Assembly (NCBI GenBank): GCA_036785375.1
Contig: JAWMAR010000520.1
Span: 186,001-250,000 of the forward strand
Origin: Leucoraja ocellata
Lineage: Eukaryota
DNA length: 64,000 nucleotides
Reading direction: 5' to 3'
Below the pieces are notes generated by a model, which worked only from the letters and a program-made list of their open reading frames with translations, did no database searches and was not told where the DNA came from. The position numbers and the translations under genes are program-made. Shown one piece after another: positions 62,406 through 64,000 of the stretch; within the stretch, counting starts at the first letter, position 1; every line of letters starts with the position of its first letter.

Positions 62406-62667
62406 GATAAAAGCAGAACACGCTATTAAATTCAAAAGGAACTTAGACACTTAAAATCCATTACCTGCAATATTAACAAGAACTAAAAAGTGAGTTGCAT
62501 TCCTCACATTACTGTCATGGGCTTGTTGAGCCAAAATAATCGACCTTAGTGATAACTTTCCATGATTCATATTCAATGACATTATCATTTATGAACTTCT
62601 ACCATCGACATCTTTGGAGTGACCTATGTCCAAAATTGATCTGCACAAGCCACGATAATGCTGTGGA

Positions 62668-62900
62668 CACAGGTGCTGTCTGTACGGAGTTTGTACGTTC
62701 TCCCTGTGACGGTGTGGGTTTTCTCAGGGTGCTCCAGTTTCCTACTGCACGCCAAAGATGTACTGGTTTGTAAGTTAATTGGCTCCTGTAAGTTGTAAAT
62801 TGTCATAGTGCTTGTGTACGGGTGATCGCTGGTCGGCGCAGACTCGGTGGTCGGAAAGACCTGTTTCCACACAGTATCTCTAAAGTGTAAAGTATAAAGT
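62668..62900 (+). mobile_element. 5'-truncated HE1-like V-SINE
   Basis: Core and tail. Confidence 0.8.
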
Positions 62901-63509
62901 CTAAGTGAGTAACGAGCGCATCAGAGACTGTGCATTCAGCTGTGATGAGTCACCTCCTGACCCTGGAGCTTTTCCGTCAGCAACAAGATACTCCCTGTTT
63001 GTCTGGTGGAGGGCAGCTGGAATAACATGCAAGAAGTAAGCACCATTCAGAATGAGCCTGCCTCTTCTATTGACACCCCCTCTGCCACTTCAAACATTCA
63101 AACTCTCCACTGTTAGCTCACGTACTGTCTCCAAAATGCACCGTATTACACATCCATCGTTCTTCAGACTTCCTATGTTTGGAAGGACGTGAACAGGAGG
63201 TATATAAATAGAAACATCAACCCCTTGCAGGTTTCCCTTCATTACACAATGTCCTGACTTGGAACTGCATTGCTATTTTGTCACTGTGGTTGGGTCAGTA
63301 GACAGGAACATTCAACACACTGGGACCGCCTGCATCAATTGCACAAGAGTCATCACGGTGACATCTTCTCGAGGGCAATAAATGCTGGTCTTTCCATACC
63401 ACAGGTCCTGTAAATTCATAGAAAGAAACAATCAAACTTTTCTTCAACCTGGCTCCAGACATTCTTTGGACTTTCAGGGCTCCAGCTGAGTAAAGTGTAG
63501 GGCTTGTCT

Positions 63510-63804
63510 TTTAGTCTAGAGATACATCATGGAAACAAGCCCTTTGGCCCACTGAGTCTGTGCCGACCAGCAATCACCCATACACTAGCACTATACTTTT
63601 CCCTATGAACAACTTATAGAAGCTAATTCACCTACAAACGTACATTTCTTTGGAGTGGGGAAGGAAACAGCACACCCGGAGAAAACCTATGTGGTCAAAG
63701 GGAGGACATACAAACTCCATACTGACAGCACCCATAGTCCGGATCAAACCTGGGTCTCAGCCGCTGTGAGACAGCAGCTCTACCGCTGTGACACTGTGCC
63801 GACC
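63510..63804 (-). mobile_element. HE1-like V-SINE
   Basis: Reverse complement of head, core and tail. Confidence 0.8.
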
Positions 63805-64000
63805 CTTTCAGACCTGAAATGTTAGTTTAATATCTCCTTCCTTCCCAGATGCTGTCGAGTGTTTCAATTATTTTCTGTTCTTTATGTTGTTTGAGACTGG
63901 AGGAACCAGTCCGTTTTCCACAAGGACCTTACCGAGAGTTTATTCCAATCCAGCCGCACCTCGTACTGGTGACCATGATTCCAAATGGTTGTCCTGAGTA

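Overview
Vertebrate, repeat-saturated DNA, most likely from a cartilaginous fish (skate/ray). This is inferred from HE1-type tRNA-derived V-SINEs with CR1 tails and abundant CR1, Rex1/Babar and Penelope-derived repeats. I found no complete host protein-coding gene. Nearly all ORFs in the track are transposon fragments or their antisense shadows. Identifiable elements: many CR1 LINE pieces, an L2, several Rex1/Babar pieces, a Vingi-like fragment, a near full-length degenerate Tx1 LINE, two Gypsy LTR elements (a gag-protease-only CsRn1-type and a Mag-type), two hAT-type non-autonomous DNA transposons, six PIF/Harbinger-type MITEs, and GC-rich non-autonomous retroposons. A repeat-free island at about 15.4-16.4 kb looks like a minus-strand promoter plus non-coding first exon (TATA-like box, NF-kB site, strong donor), with a possible coding exon at the left edge; this is low confidence. 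The most notable observations are MITEs repeatedly hitting the same nucleotide in two host repeats, hammerhead-ribozyme cores in the palindromic Penelope-derived repeats, and GC-rich retroposons with one body plan but different LINE tails. Coordinates of degenerate repeats are approximate. Family names come from motif recognition by eye, not from database searches.
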